From a virus (lineage: Duplodnaviria > Caudoviricetes): a stretch of DNA of 64,000 bases. The DNA lies in IMG/VR virus record IMGVR_UViG_3300022217_000003, positions 111,780 through 175,779 of that record; one strand, given 5' to 3'. Of this stretch, positions 10,534 through 20,731 are shown in pieces. The notes below the pieces were generated by a model. That model was not told the DNA's origin and did no database searches. It worked only from the letters and a program-made list of their open reading frames with translations. A program made the position numbers and the translations under genes. Every line of letters begins with the position of its first letter. Position 1 is the stretch's first letter.

Positions 10534-11793
10534 TTAATGCCACACCTCAAGAGCTTTCGCATTATATTCATCTATTTCTTTTGCAACGATATGTTTTATT
10601 TCATTATATCTATCTTTGGGTATCTTGGGACAAAAATAATTGTATGGGGATTGGTGTGAGAATAGGGCGGAATCATAATTATCATTTATTAATCCCTCTT
10701 CAAGACATTCGGTATATAATTCAGTTCCCTTATATGGTGTAAAGAAACTTAATGTTATCCTGAACGGATTTAGTGACTTAATAAACTTCATTGTTGTCAA
10801 TATATCTTCTTCTGTTTCTTCCGGGAATCCTATAATACAGTAAGCCTTCCACTGTATTTTATTCTTGTTTAAAATATCGGCGGCTTTTAAGAAGGTCTCT
10901 GTCTTCTCTCCCTTATTTATATATTCCAATATGCGGTTAACCCCACTTTCAAGCCCTATGCTCATTTGCTTACACCCGGACTTTTTCATGCACTTAACCA
11001 TTTCATCTGTTATCACATCAGCCCTTGTATCACACCGCCAACTGGATCTTAAATTATATTTATCACAAAATTCAAGCAACTTCTTCTTATTTAATGTAAA
11101 TGTTTCGTCCCAGAATGTAAAAAAATCTGATTTAAATGCATCTTCAATATATTTCATTTCTCTAATTATTCTATCCACGCTTTTACATGTTACTTTTCTC
11201 CCCCAAATATTTGATGAGGAACAAAATCTGCAGTTAAAGGGACACCCCCTGGACGACATCACATGGGCATATCCATTGGGAGAATACTTATCTAATAACA
11301 TATCAAAATCAGGAAATGGCAATTCGTCCAAGTCCTGTAACCTGCCCCCATTTGACTCGTATTCCCCTCTAAATACCTCTACATCAGAGGGGTATTCTTC
11401 GGGGCTAATGGTGGGATGCGCCCCACCCACGAACACAGGTATACCAAATTCTTGTTTTGCTATCTTGTAAATTGACATAAATGACTTATATTTTACGTTT
11501 AAAACCGTAACTCCTATTTTATCAGGTCTCTCTTTTGATATAGTGGCCCTTAATTCATTCCATATGCTATGATTTAGGTCACTTATTCCGTTTATAAACT
11601 TATTATAGTTTTCTTGCCTGCCATCATATCCCTCATAATGTGTCTTTGCGCCTACTTCCATATTCTTTATCTTGACATCATACCCTTCACTTTTCAACTT
11701 TGACCCTACTGCTAATAGGGATAATGGCACGTAGTCTTGTTGTAGCGTCACGAACCTGTAAAACGGTGGGTTTATTAATAAAACTTTTTTCAC
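10534..11793 (-). CDS. cobalamin-binding radical SAM protein
   Basis: VLLINPP, VGGAHPT, SRGCPFNCRFC, GLESG, IIGFPEET, PYKGTELY. Confidence 0.9.
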   Translation of the reverse strand: MKKVLLINPPFYRFVTLQQDYVPLSLLAVGSKLKSEGYDVKIKNMEVGAKTHYEGYDGRQENYNKFINGISDLNHSIWNELRATISKERPDKIGVTVLNVKYKSFMSIYKIAKQEFGIPVFVGGAHPTISPEEYPSDVEVFRGEYESNGGRLQDLDELPFPDFDMLLDKYSPNGYAHVMSSRGCPFNCRFCSSSNIWGRKVTCKSVDRIIREMKYIEDAFKSDFFTFWDETFTLNKKKLLEFCDKYNLRSSWRCDTRADVITDEMVKCMKKSGCKQMSIGLESGVNRILEYINKGEKTETFLKAADILNKNKIQWKAYCIIGFPEETEEDILTTMKFIKSLNPFRITLSFFTPYKGTELYTECLEEGLINDNYDSALFSHQSPYNYFCPKIPKDRYNEIKHIVAKEIDEYNAKALEVWH

Positions 11794-12665
11794 AGATTCG
11801 TAGCCAACTCTTTTAATTCTTTTAAAAAAGTTGGTTCGTTTTGTTTATAAAAATCATATGCCTTCTCGGTCATTTCAATATACCGATCCCTTGGAAAGTT
11901 AATCAAATAATCGGATAGTTCTGCATCATTTGAAAAATCCCTATAGTCTATATATAATTCCTTGGGGATTCTTTGTTCTATGTTATAGCAACCATAATAA
12001 ACAGCCACTGTTTTTGCCGAGAACACATCCCATATCTTTTCTGTTATATAATCCCAACTCCAAAATTCATGGTAAGAATTTTCACAGACCAAAGAAAATC
12101 TATATTCATTCACCTTTGAAATCTTATCATATCCATATTTATGTAGATTGACATATTGATGATCTGGGTCTCGCTGTCCTAATATGCCTTTATACATTTC
12201 ACCGCAATTCAAACCGCCATATACATGCTTTACCAAACTTTGTATTCCGTTCATTATCTGCAATCGCTTATAGCCAATTGCACCCTCATTGCAATCAAAA
12301 AAGGTTTTGAGATTACTTACAACACATATTCCATTTATCTTTTCTTCATAAGACTTATAACTATCTAATACTATATCTTCTCTATACATATCGTGACATA
12401 GGCAGAAATCTTTAACAAGATGTATGTTCAGTTCGTTCTTATGAGCTTCATAAAATTTAGAGTTCCATGTTACCACGCACTTATATTGTTTTAAAAGATC
12501 TATATTATATCCATTGGGGGATATAGAATATACTTCTCCTAAGTGAGCAATCTTATCTTTTTTATTTTCATCTCCCACCCCTGGGCACAGTATAAAGTTA
12601 GGATTTAATTGTTTCCATTCTCCTGGTATATCTCTTTGTCCGCTAATTGATGTGGGATTTATCAT
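11790..12665 (-). CDS. GT10 (fucosyltransferase-like) glycosyltransferase
   Basis: YRFSLVCENS, DYITEKIWD, VAVYYGC; paralog of 8018..8851. Confidence 0.8.
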   Translation of the reverse strand: MINPTSISGQRDIPGEWKQLNPNFILCPGVGDENKKDKIAHLGEVYSISPNGYNIDLLKQYKCVVTWNSKFYEAHKNELNIHLVKDFCLCHDMYREDIVLDSYKSYEEKINGICVVSNLKTFFDCNEGAIGYKRLQIMNGIQSLVKHVYGGLNCGEMYKGILGQRDPDHQYVNLHKYGYDKISKVNEYRFSLVCENSYHEFWSWDYITEKIWDVFSAKTVAVYYGCYNIEQRIPKELYIDYRDFSNDAELSDYLINFPRDRYIEMTEKAYDFYKQNEPTFLKELKELATNL

Positions 12666-13351
12666 TCCCTTGTAGCCCCTTCAAAGTCATTATAGACCTG
12701 CGATGTTATGCTCTCTCCACTCTTTTGCCATATTAATTTTGGTTTAACAACAACGCAATTGAAATAAGGCTGTATACGACTTAAATAAAAATTATCTAAC
12801 TCTGCCCCATATAATATACCTTCGTCTAATATTTTATCATATAAAGTATTTTTAACTGCATATGCATGACATGATAATAGATTATTACCCTTGACCACGT
12901 TTTTTGCGATTGGCAATACATGTGCCCCCTCTCTAATACTACTTCCTAAATATAGCATATCCCATCCAACCGTAGTCTGTTGTTCTATCGCAATTAATTG
13001 ATTTGATACCTTTTCAAATAATTCATTAACATCATCTCTAATACCAATATCATCTTCTAATATAAGAACATTATCATATTTTCTTTCTTTGGCCAATTCG
13101 ACACATCGAACATGTGCTTTATTCGCACCACATATTCCCAACTTATAATAATCATGTATTTTATTTGCACTGACTAGGTTTTGATAATGTTTTTCTGGTA
13201 CATCATCAAGGTTTTTAAGTCTTATGCCGGGAACTCTTTCATAATTTTTAATATTGGCTTTCTCTAATTCTTCAACAACGTCCTTCCACCTATCTATACT
13301 TTCATCTAAATTTATAACAAATATCTTATCAAAATAAGTATCTATATTCAT
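12662..13351 (-). CDS. GT25 glycosyltransferase
   Basis: IFVINLDESIDRW, LILEDD, WDMLYLG, HAYAV. Confidence 0.85.
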   Translation of the reverse strand: MNIDTYFDKIFVINLDESIDRWKDVVEELEKANIKNYERVPGIRLKNLDDVPEKHYQNLVSANKIHDYYKLGICGANKAHVRCVELAKERKYDNVLILEDDIGIRDDVNELFEKVSNQLIAIEQQTTVGWDMLYLGSSIREGAHVLPIAKNVVKGNNLLSCHAYAVKNTLYDKILDEGILYGAELDNFYLSRIQPYFNCVVVKPKLIWQKSGESITSQVYNDFEGATRE

Positions 13352-14307
13352 TCCATTTCCTTTTCAAAAAATTTATACGCCGAGGATATAATCTGTTTTA
13401 AACCATGTGTGGGCTTCCACCCCAGAACTTCTTTTGCTTTATCATAAGATGCTATTCTGATAGGGGGATCACCTTCTCTTTTTTTTGATTTCTTTGTCGC
13501 AACCTTTTTTATATTGTTAACTTCATTAATGATTTCCATTACGCTATATCCAATACCTGTCCCCAAATTAAATACATTGATTTTATTATCCTTCTGTATA
13601 TAATCCATTGCATCAATATGCGCCTGACAAATATCATTAACATGAATATAATCCCTTACACATGTACCGTCTATCGTGTCGTAATCCATACCATATATAT
13701 TAACTGGTTTATTTGTTAATGCTGCTTTGATTACATTTGGAATCAGATGTGTTTCAGGATCATGCAGTTCTCCTGTCCGTAACTTTTTGTCACTACCTGC
13801 TACATTAAAATACCTAAAAATAATATAATTAATATCATAATACAATTTATAATATTGCAGTATCATCTCGGCCATATATTTAGTATACCCATAGGGATTC
13901 ATTGGCCTGATAAAAGAATGTTCTTGTATAGCACTGTCACAATCATCATATACGCAACATGTGGATGAAAATATAATATTTTTGATATCATAACAACTCA
14001 TTGTATATAATAATGTATCAACGCCCCTGACATTATTATACATATATTTATCGGGGTCTTTGAATGATTCTGATACAGTGGCATGTGCCGCCAAATGGAT
14101 TACCAGATCTATTTTTGTATTACTAAATATAGAATGGAGAATATCTGAACTATAATAAGTGCCTTTAAAAAAAACATCGTTAAATACGTGCTCTTTTTTT
14201 CCCTGACAAAAATTATCAATGCCTATAGTATAATGCCCTTGCTTCTTAAGCATTAAAGAAAGGTGGCTACCTATATATCCCGCACTACCTGTTATTAATA
14301 TGTTCAT
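13348..14307 (-). CDS. galE: UDP-glucose 4-epimerase
   Basis: ITGSAGYIGSH, FSSTCCVY, YGYTK (YxxxK), FRYFNVAG, HDPETHLIP, DGTCVRDYIHV. Confidence 0.92.
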   Translation of the reverse strand: MNILITGSAGYIGSHLSLMLKKQGHYTIGIDNFCQGKKEHVFNDVFFKGTYYSSDILHSIFSNTKIDLVIHLAAHATVSESFKDPDKYMYNNVRGVDTLLYTMSCYDIKNIIFSSTCCVYDDCDSAIQEHSFIRPMNPYGYTKYMAEMILQYYKLYYDINYIIFRYFNVAGSDKKLRTGELHDPETHLIPNVIKAALTNKPVNIYGMDYDTIDGTCVRDYIHVNDICQAHIDAMDYIQKDNKINVFNLGTGIGYSVMEIINEVNNIKKVATKKSKKREGDPPIRIASYDKAKEVLGWKPTHGLKQIISSAYKFFEKEME

Positions 14308-14788
14308 ATATTATTTCTTCCACCTTATTAATACAATACCCAGGTGCCCATGTCTTTGTATCCAATATTAAATCGGGCTTTTTCGGTATTTGATATGGGC
14401 TATCTATGCCTGTAAAATTTTTTATTTTATTATCCCTTGCTTTTTTATACATCCCCTTAACATCTCTTTTTTCACACACTTCCAAATCTGCCTTACAGTA
14501 TATTATATATGTATTAGGAACTATATTTCTTATCTGTTCTCTGTATTTTTCAAAGGGCGATATAAAATCTGTTATTAAATTTATGTTTTCCGCATTAAGA
14601 ATTTTGCATAGCTCAATTATTCTGCGCATATTTTCCCGCCTATCTTCAACGGAAAACCCCAGATCTTTACACAAGCCCTTTCTAATATTATCTCCATTTA
14701 ACAATAAAAATTCTGGATATTTTTCTTTTAGCTTATTGGCTATGGTTGATTTACCCGAACAGGGCAATCCAGTAAACCATAAAATCAT
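14285..14788 (-). CDS. cysC: adenylyl-sulfate kinase
   Basis: MILWFTGLPCSGKST, GDNIR, DLGFS, RDVKGMYKKA, FTGIDSPY; start moved to ATG at 14788. Confidence 0.93.
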   Translation of the reverse strand: MILWFTGLPCSGKSTIANKLKEKYPEFLLLNGDNIRKGLCKDLGFSVEDRRENMRRIIELCKILNAENINLITDFISPFEKYREQIRNIVPNTYIIYCKADLEVCEKRDVKGMYKKARDNKIKNFTGIDSPYQIPKKPDLILDTKTWAPGYCINKVEEIIYEHINNR

Positions 14789-14789
14789 T

Positions 14790-15653
14790 TTATACCCCCT
14801 TGATCCCATTGGATAAAATTTTAAAAAAAACATCTAGCGACTCATTTATTTTTTGTATTACAACCCCTCTATCATATGTCCAAAACCAGCTATAACTCGC
14901 ATTGCCGACATCATTATTTACCTCCGGTTTACACCCACACAACATGGCTTCTAAAACAGTTCTTCCCGCTGATTCAACCGCCCCATTAGTTGGGAGTAAA
15001 TAACACCCGTGTGCTTTTGAATAATATTGTCTTACAACATCCGGGGGCTGATGACCTATATATCTTACGTTATCACATTCTTTTATTGTCTCAATACCTA
15101 TATCTCCGTTATCCGTTGTTCCCATAAATACATATTTATTCTCAGGATTTTTTTTTGCTATATCTAATATTTCAATAATCCCCTTATTTGAATGGATCAA
15201 CCCCACATATATATAGAGATTCTTTTGTCTTACAAATCCGTCCTGCCTTTTGAAAAAATTATAATCTATTGGAACCACCACGTATTCATAATTATCAATT
15301 ACTAAATGTTTTTGTACACTGGGTAATGCGTCTTGTATATGAGTCCTATGTCTTGGCGAAAAAAACAGAAGCTTATACGCATTGGGAATTAACCATTCTC
15401 TTATCCACTCCTTTTCAGGCAAAACCAATTCTATGCTATGTTCAATATATATATATTTCATGGGCTTTAAATGTTTTTTTAATTTATCTTCTGTACCTTT
15501 GTATATCATTCCAATAATATAAAACTCAATTGATTCATCAATGACATTAAATCCAACTTCAAACCCACGTTTTTTGGCTTGATTGTAATAACATCTCATG
15601 GTTAAGTCTGCGCCATATCCAACCGTTGAATCATTTAAAAAGCTTATTTTCAT
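14790..15653 (-). CDS. GT4-like (GT-B) glycosyltransferase
   Basis: YVGLIHSNKG, ESAGRTVLEAMLCG (E-x7-E). Confidence 0.8.
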   Translation of the reverse strand: MKISFLNDSTVGYGADLTMRCYYNQAKKRGFEVGFNVIDESIEFYIIGMIYKGTEDKLKKHLKPMKYIYIEHSIELVLPEKEWIREWLIPNAYKLLFFSPRHRTHIQDALPSVQKHLVIDNYEYVVVPIDYNFFKRQDGFVRQKNLYIYVGLIHSNKGIIEILDIAKKNPENKYVFMGTTDNGDIGIETIKECDNVRYIGHQPPDVVRQYYSKAHGCYLLPTNGAVESAGRTVLEAMLCGCKPEVNNDVGNASYSWFWTYDRGVVIQKINESLDVFFKILSNGIKGV

Positions 15654-15817
15654 ACTTTTTTCTTCCTAACCATTGCTTGAGCATAACAAATGAAAGAGTT
15701 AATAGGTGTATTATAAATACATATCCCACCCTGTGGCTCCCAGCCTTTTTCTATATAGCCACTTATGGTCTCTAATAAAATATCCCTATCACGACTTTCT
15801 ATTATTGTATATTCCAT
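15650..15817 (-). CDS. small DUF1737-like protein (55 aa; not in ORF track)
   Basis: Read by hand: MEYTIIES...YIEKGWEPQGGI...YAQAMVRKKKV; AGGGG RBS; stop overlaps the next ATG. Confidence 0.6.
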   Translation of the reverse strand: MEYTIIESRDRDILLETISGYIEKGWEPQGGICIYNTPINSFICYAQAMVRKKKV

Positions 15818-15865
15818 TTATCTACCCCTTGTTAAAAAGCTATATTCTTATATATAAAAATATAT

Positions 15866-15940
15866 GGAGACCGCAGTTTAGTTACCCGACACGTTCTCGG
15901 AGCTTCTTACAGAACTACTAAACTAAACCGCTGAGTCTCC
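15866..15940 (-). ncRNA. 75-nt structured intergenic element (long stem closing a three-way junction)
   Basis: GGAGAC/GTCTCC and GCGGTTTAGTT/AACTAAACTGC pair on the minus strand, enclosing TTCT-GTA-AGAA and CCGA-GAACGTG-TCGG hairpins; GC-rich island in an AT-rich spacer. Confidence 0.4.
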
Positions 15941-15964
15941 CAATAACATTCATTATAGTCCATA

Positions 15965-17098
15965 TTATAACTTATCCAATTCCTGTTTTATTTTATTGGC
16001 AATAACAGAGGCAGAAAAGTTTTGGATCAAATCCTGTCTGCCCTTTCTTGCCTTCTCTTTTGCTTCCCCATAATTTTCATATACTCTTCTCATGAGCTGT
16101 CTTAAATGTGCCTCTGACGGCTCTGCCCATTTTTGGTGACGATAATTCGGGGTTATCTTTTCCATTTCTTCCCCGATTTCTTTATAATCCAATACATCTA
16201 TTAAATAGGCATTATCATTATTTGCATATTCTGTAAAGCCTGACCACCCTGTTAGTATTGTTGGGAGCTCCATTGCCATTGCATCTGATGAATTTAATCC
16301 CCAGCCTTCTCCGCGGGCAGGCGAGACATAACAATGGCAGGCTTTAAATAATTTAGGCAAATCCTGATTATCTAATATATCTCCAAAAAATATAACATCG
16401 GGTGGGTTTTTAATCTGCAGTTCATCCCTAAATTTCCTTAGCTTGGACATCAGATTCTTTTTATGTTGTTCTGATACACCACCATAATACCCCTTAAACA
16501 CCAATGCCACATTCCTGTTACCCTTAAACTCCCTTAAATACGCCCTCAGTAAAATGTCCCATCCCTTTCTATGGGTAACGTCCATAATAGTTAAAAAATA
16601 GAATTCTCTTTCAATTGTTATTTTAATGGGATCTACCTTATCGGGGTCATACTTGTCTGTCCGGACTATGTGGGGTATAACTGCTATGCGTTCTCTGGGA
16701 ATACCAGATACTGAAAATGTTGCCTTATTAAAAGATGTCGGAGTCCAAATCGCACTGCATTTATTCATTATAGGAACCCAGGCAGGAGGAAGGCCATCTG
16801 TTTCAAATACCGTATAGCCAATATGTTTCCTTTTGGAGCTATTAGGTATTCTATATATGTCAGGAACAACATGATGCGTCATGGGAGCATATTCTGATAC
16901 CTCTGTATTTTCCATTTCTTTTAATAGTTTATATTCATTGCCTGATACGGCTGAAGTTGTTATTGGACTCCAAAATGATACAGGCGCAAGCTTAACTTTT
17001 ACACCCGCATTATGCAGTGCGTATATATACTCGCGACAACAGCTACTATATCCCGAAGGATCGTATGTGGGGCCATACCATATTATTTCATGTGACAT
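15965..17098 (-). CDS. GT4 glycosyltransferase
   Basis: IGYTVFET, IWTPTSFN, RKGWDILL, RGEGWGLNSSDAMA, WAEPS. Confidence 0.88.
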   Translation of the reverse strand: MSHEIIWYGPTYDPSGYSSCCREYIYALHNAGVKVKLAPVSFWSPITTSAVSGNEYKLLKEMENTEVSEYAPMTHHVVPDIYRIPNSSKRKHIGYTVFETDGLPPAWVPIMNKCSAIWTPTSFNKATFSVSGIPRERIAVIPHIVRTDKYDPDKVDPIKITIEREFYFLTIMDVTHRKGWDILLRAYLREFKGNRNVALVFKGYYGGVSEQHKKNLMSKLRKFRDELQIKNPPDVIFFGDILDNQDLPKLFKACHCYVSPARGEGWGLNSSDAMAMELPTILTGWSGFTEYANNDNAYLIDVLDYKEIGEEMEKITPNYRHQKWAEPSEAHLRQLMRRVYENYGEAKEKARKGRQDLIQNFSASVIANKIKQELDKL

Positions 17099-17115
17099 TT
17101 AAATTTTCCCTCTTT

Positions 17116-17640
17116 CTAAATATGTTTCCACGATCTTCCATTCAATATGTTATATATAGTGGATTTGGGCATATTTTCGTATTTATCTTTTCTGTTTTTC
17201 CAAAAATTATAAATAGTCCCGCCCCACTCCTTAAAATCATTTTTTAATTCTAAAACTTCTTTATCTGTATATTTAGCTTTCCCATTTTTTTCACCTGCAT
17301 GACGATCTTTATATTTACCATGTTCTCTCGCATGCTCTGCATTTTCTTTAGGCGTAACCCATTCTAAATTTTCTAATCTATTATCATGCTTATCCAAATT
17401 TTTATGATTTATGTAAAATTCGTTAAAGTCTTTAATCGGATTAAAAGCAGATAAAATAGCCCTATGAACACTTACTGATTTTTTTTGATTCTTATTAACA
17501 TAAAAATCAAATTTATAATATCTTCTGCCTTTAGCATACTTCAATATTCTCTTTAATTTTTTATGCCTAACCTGCCCCAATTCATTGACCTCGTATTTAG
17601 GCGCAATAGGTATTGTTTTCCAAGCTATTTCTTGTCCCAC
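17116..17640 (-). mobile_element. free-standing NUMOD4-HNH homing endonuclease
   Basis: WKTIP..YEVNELGQVR (NUMOD4), VHRAI, INHKNLDKHDNRLENLEWVTPKENAEH. Confidence 0.88.
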
Positions 17641-17978
17641 TATCTTTTATCTCCATTTTCTCCATGCTTCTCGCCCATTTTTCTATCCACGTAAAACTTA
17701 TTTATCTTTCCTGTAGTGTCATCTATCTCAGCAACAATACAACCCCATCCATTTTCATCAATGCCTACTATCCCATTAAGGATTCCAAGCAATCCGACTT
17801 TAAATGGACCCTTCCCAACTTCCTTACTTGTCACCTGTATCGTAGGGTGCTTTGTTAATTTCTTATTACAGGAAAATCTTTTTAGTATTATTTTATTAGT
17901 AATCTTTGGCGACATCTCTAATAATTCATTTAATAATTTAACTATATCTTCCGGTGTTATTGATTCTTTATATGGCAT
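17640..17978 (-). CDS. hypothetical phage protein
   Basis: ORF with RBS; HPTIQV and VGLLGILNG motifs, no function assignable. Confidence 0.5.
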   Translation of the reverse strand: MPYKESITPEDIVKLLNELLEMSPKITNKIILKRFSCNKKLTKHPTIQVTSKEVGKGPFKVGLLGILNGIVGIDENGWGCIVAEIDDTTGKINKFYVDRKMGEKHGENGDKR

Positions 17979-18163
17979 ATTAATTTTACTCCTTATCCAA
18001 ATAAAATCTATTTATTCTACGTGTATCTTCATTCGCATCTATTTTAATTAGATCTTTATTATTCTTATCCTGATTGATTAAACCATTAAAAGGGGACATG
18101 CCTAATAGCGCATTTAAATAATCTACTATTTCTTCTGGTGTTATATTTTGGTTATACATGTTA

Positions 18164-18895
18164 CTATATCCTATTCTTATTTTTTTTAATATTTTTTATA
18201 ATTTCTTTTTCTATTTCTCTTGTCATTTTTTTATCTGGACCTATAATCCACCTTTGGGCTCTCCACTTTTTTATCATCCTGGTCACAACGTCCCCTAGTT
18301 TATATTCCCACCAAGCGACTGCCGCTAAGAAATTTGGGAATTGAAATGCTGTATTAACTGGAAAATCTGATGCAATAGCTTTAAATGCCCGTGGCCCACC
18401 CCAGTCAAATAGTTTATATGACTTTGATATTAGGTTAATATATTTTAGGTCAATTTTATTTTTACTAAAATATGGATATACTTCATCACAGCAATTATAT
18501 AGATAAGCGTATTTAATTTTATCAGCGTTTTCCAAAGGAGCATCATTATATTCTAATCCAAATATATCGGTTGAGCTAAGCCACAATATTCCTTCCAAAA
18601 ACTTAATTCTTTTTATAGGATTATATTTATAAATGTTAAGGTCTATTCTTAAAACTTGCCCCCAATCAACATCTCTCTCTTCTAATACATTAGGTGATCT
18701 GTCCTCAATCACAGAAACAATGGATTCCATGCCATTATACACACCCCTCTCATAACAAATACAGTCTAGATCTTTTATTTTTTTTTGTTTATGTATAAGG
18801 TTGTTAATTTTATCTATTTTATATTTTGGTATACTCTGCGTTTTTACTTTTTCCATTTTTTTATATTGAACTCCCTTCAAGTTGTGGATTTGCAA
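18164..18895 (-). CDS. hypothetical protein
   Basis: 243-aa ORF co-directional with neighbours. Confidence 0.45.
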   Translation of the reverse strand: MQIHNLKGVQYKKMEKVKTQSIPKYKIDKINNLIHKQKKIKDLDCICYERGVYNGMESIVSVIEDRSPNVLEERDVDWGQVLRIDLNIYKYNPIKRIKFLEGILWLSSTDIFGLEYNDAPLENADKIKYAYLYNCCDEVYPYFSKNKIDLKYINLISKSYKLFDWGGPRAFKAIASDFPVNTAFQFPNFLAAVAWWEYKLGDVVTRMIKKWRAQRWIIGPDKKMTREIEKEIIKNIKKNKNRI

Positions 18896-19286
18896 TTTGT
18901 TTTATGATATTTTCTTTTCCTTCTCTTTCTTCTTTTTCAAAATCCTCTATTGCATTTTTCCTAAATTCTTTCAATTCATCTATAAACTTAAAAAACGCAT
19001 CCATCTTTTTAGATCGAAACGCTATTTCCTTAGTCCACTCTCTTCCGCCTTTAAATATATACTGCAGTCCTTTTTTTAATCTATACAAGAAGGGTGCTGG
19101 CTGGGCTATCATGGCAATCCACAACTCTTCTGGTTCTTTATTTTTAATATAATACTTGCCACTTGGTTCAAGTTGCCTTGAATTATAAGGAGGTATATAA
19201 TTAAATAGCAATGTATCGTAATCATACTCGCATTTAAATATGCCTTCAAATTCCCCATGCTCATTTTCCATTCTTTTTATCCCCAA
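18861..19286 (-). CDS. hypothetical protein
   Basis: 141-aa ORF co-directional with neighbours. Confidence 0.45.
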   Translation of the reverse strand: MGIKRMENEHGEFEGIFKCEYDYDTLLFNYIPPYNSRQLEPSGKYYIKNKEPEELWIAMIAQPAPFLYRLKKGLQYIFKGGREWTKEIAFRSKKMDAFFKFIDELKEFRKNAIEDFEKEEREGKENIIKQIANPQLEGSSI

Positions 19287-19770
19287 ATCTATTTTGTATT
19301 CTTTTCAATACATCCAATATCTTTAAAGTATCTTTCATTGATACCCATTTATTCTCATTAGCCCTTGCTTTCTTTTCAAATTCTTCCGCTTCTTTATCTA
19401 GTAATATGGGTGTTGGTTTTATTGGTATTGCCATTTATTTGTTCCCCTTGCATTTATCTAATCTTATCCAATAACTTGGTATTTTTTACAATATTTGCAA
19501 ACTCACCATTGCTATGCTTTTTTAATCTACGCTTCAATTGCCTGGGCGATAGCTTAGATAGATTATCATAAACATGGCTAAATGCATCCAATACCTTCTT
19601 ACTATTCTTCAATATAAATCCTCCAAAACAATCTTCTGAATTCATATTCTTTATCGTTATACTTTAAAGCCACGTATTGACTCTTGCTTATTAAGCCGAA
19701 ATCGTCATATAGTTTAATATATGCGAATTTACCTAATATGTATATTTGTTCTATCATGCTTTCTTGCTTT

Positions 19771-20139
19771 TTATTTTTTATGTACCTTTTTGAATTCTTC
19801 ATCAAATTTCTTTGCTTCCCTTCTCCACTTATCAACAGTTTTCTGCATTTTCTTTTCTAAAAATGTATCCTCAACCTTAATAGGTAGGTCAGGGTTAGCG
19901 TATAGGGCATCTTCTATACTTAATGTCCTAATAGTAACCTTCTGTCCCTTTGATGTATATTTTGCGCCTACAACATTATAATATTTCTTTTTCCAATCCC
20001 TTTTTAATTGCTGCAAGCATCCATCCCAATAAGAAGCTTCTTGATATACAGTAAATATATCTACATTGTCTACGCATACAGGAAGATTCCCACTTGGGTC
20101 TGCTTCTTTTAATAATTCTATTAGTTTCTTTGTTTTCAT
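19771..20139 (-). CDS. hypothetical phage protein
   Basis: MKTKKLIELLKEADPSG..., YWDG; tightly packed operon. Confidence 0.5.
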   Translation of the reverse strand: MKTKKLIELLKEADPSGNLPVCVDNVDIFTVYQEASYWDGCLQQLKRDWKKKYYNVVGAKYTSKGQKVTIRTLSIEDALYANPDLPIKVEDTFLEKKMQKTVDKWRREAKKFDEEFKKVHKK

Positions 20140-20140
20140 A

Positions 20141-20398
20141 TTATTTCCACGGAGTAAGTTTTATAGTTGTTTTCCGACCCTTCAATACATCAACTGATTT
20201 ATAAGGTATTGCCACTTCGCCATTACACATTTTATATAAATTATCATTATTGCCCCTTACTTTTAAAACAATGCTATCACATTCTACGTCTATCCACATT
20301 GTATCTATTGATATATTTTCAAACCCCTCAAACTTAACTTTGTTTGCAATTATATCATTAAAGCAATCTATAGGTATTCTTATTAATGCTTGTCTCAT
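20141..20398 (-). CDS. hypothetical protein
   Basis: abuts neighbouring ORFs. Confidence 0.45.
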   Translation of the reverse strand: MRQALIRIPIDCFNDIIANKVKFEGFENISIDTMWIDVECDSIVLKVRGNNDNLYKMCNGEVAIPYKSVDVLKGRKTTIKLTPWK

Positions 20399-20722
20399 TT
20401 ATGCAACCCTTTCATTTGTTCTTTTATCTATAAGAATATAATGGTTGCCTTTTAATATTTTTGTTTTATATTGCCATTTGCCGTCTTTTATATATACAAT
20501 AAGACGACTGTCTATAACCTCTATCTCTGTCTTTTCACCCGAATTCAATGATAGTGTTTTACTAAAACTTGTAACAAGCGGAACTACTTTATCAGTTCTT
20601 GTATCTATCACATTATAGCTAATTGCATCTTTATCATCAGCTTTTATTTCAAAGTTATTATAAGGAATCATCCCTATTAACGAAAATCCAAATAATGATT
20701 GTATAAAGTTTTTTCTTTTCAT
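20399..20722 (-). CDS. hypothetical protein with Tat-like N-terminus
   Basis: MKRKNFIQSLFG followed by a hydrophobic stretch; GGAG RBS. Confidence 0.4.
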   Translation of the reverse strand: MKRKNFIQSLFGFSLIGMIPYNNFEIKADDKDAISYNVIDTRTDKVVPLVTSFSKTLSLNSGEKTEIEVIDSRLIVYIKDGKWQYKTKILKGNHYILIDKRTNERVA

Positions 20723-20731
20723 AAATACTCC

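Noticed and set aside
1-17098. Bacterial O-antigen/capsule locus (host DNA joined to phage)
   Set aside because: Same strand, composition and gene packing as the phage genes, contiguous with an HNH gene, and no flippase, polymerase or priming transferase in view; cannot be fully excluded beyond the window edge
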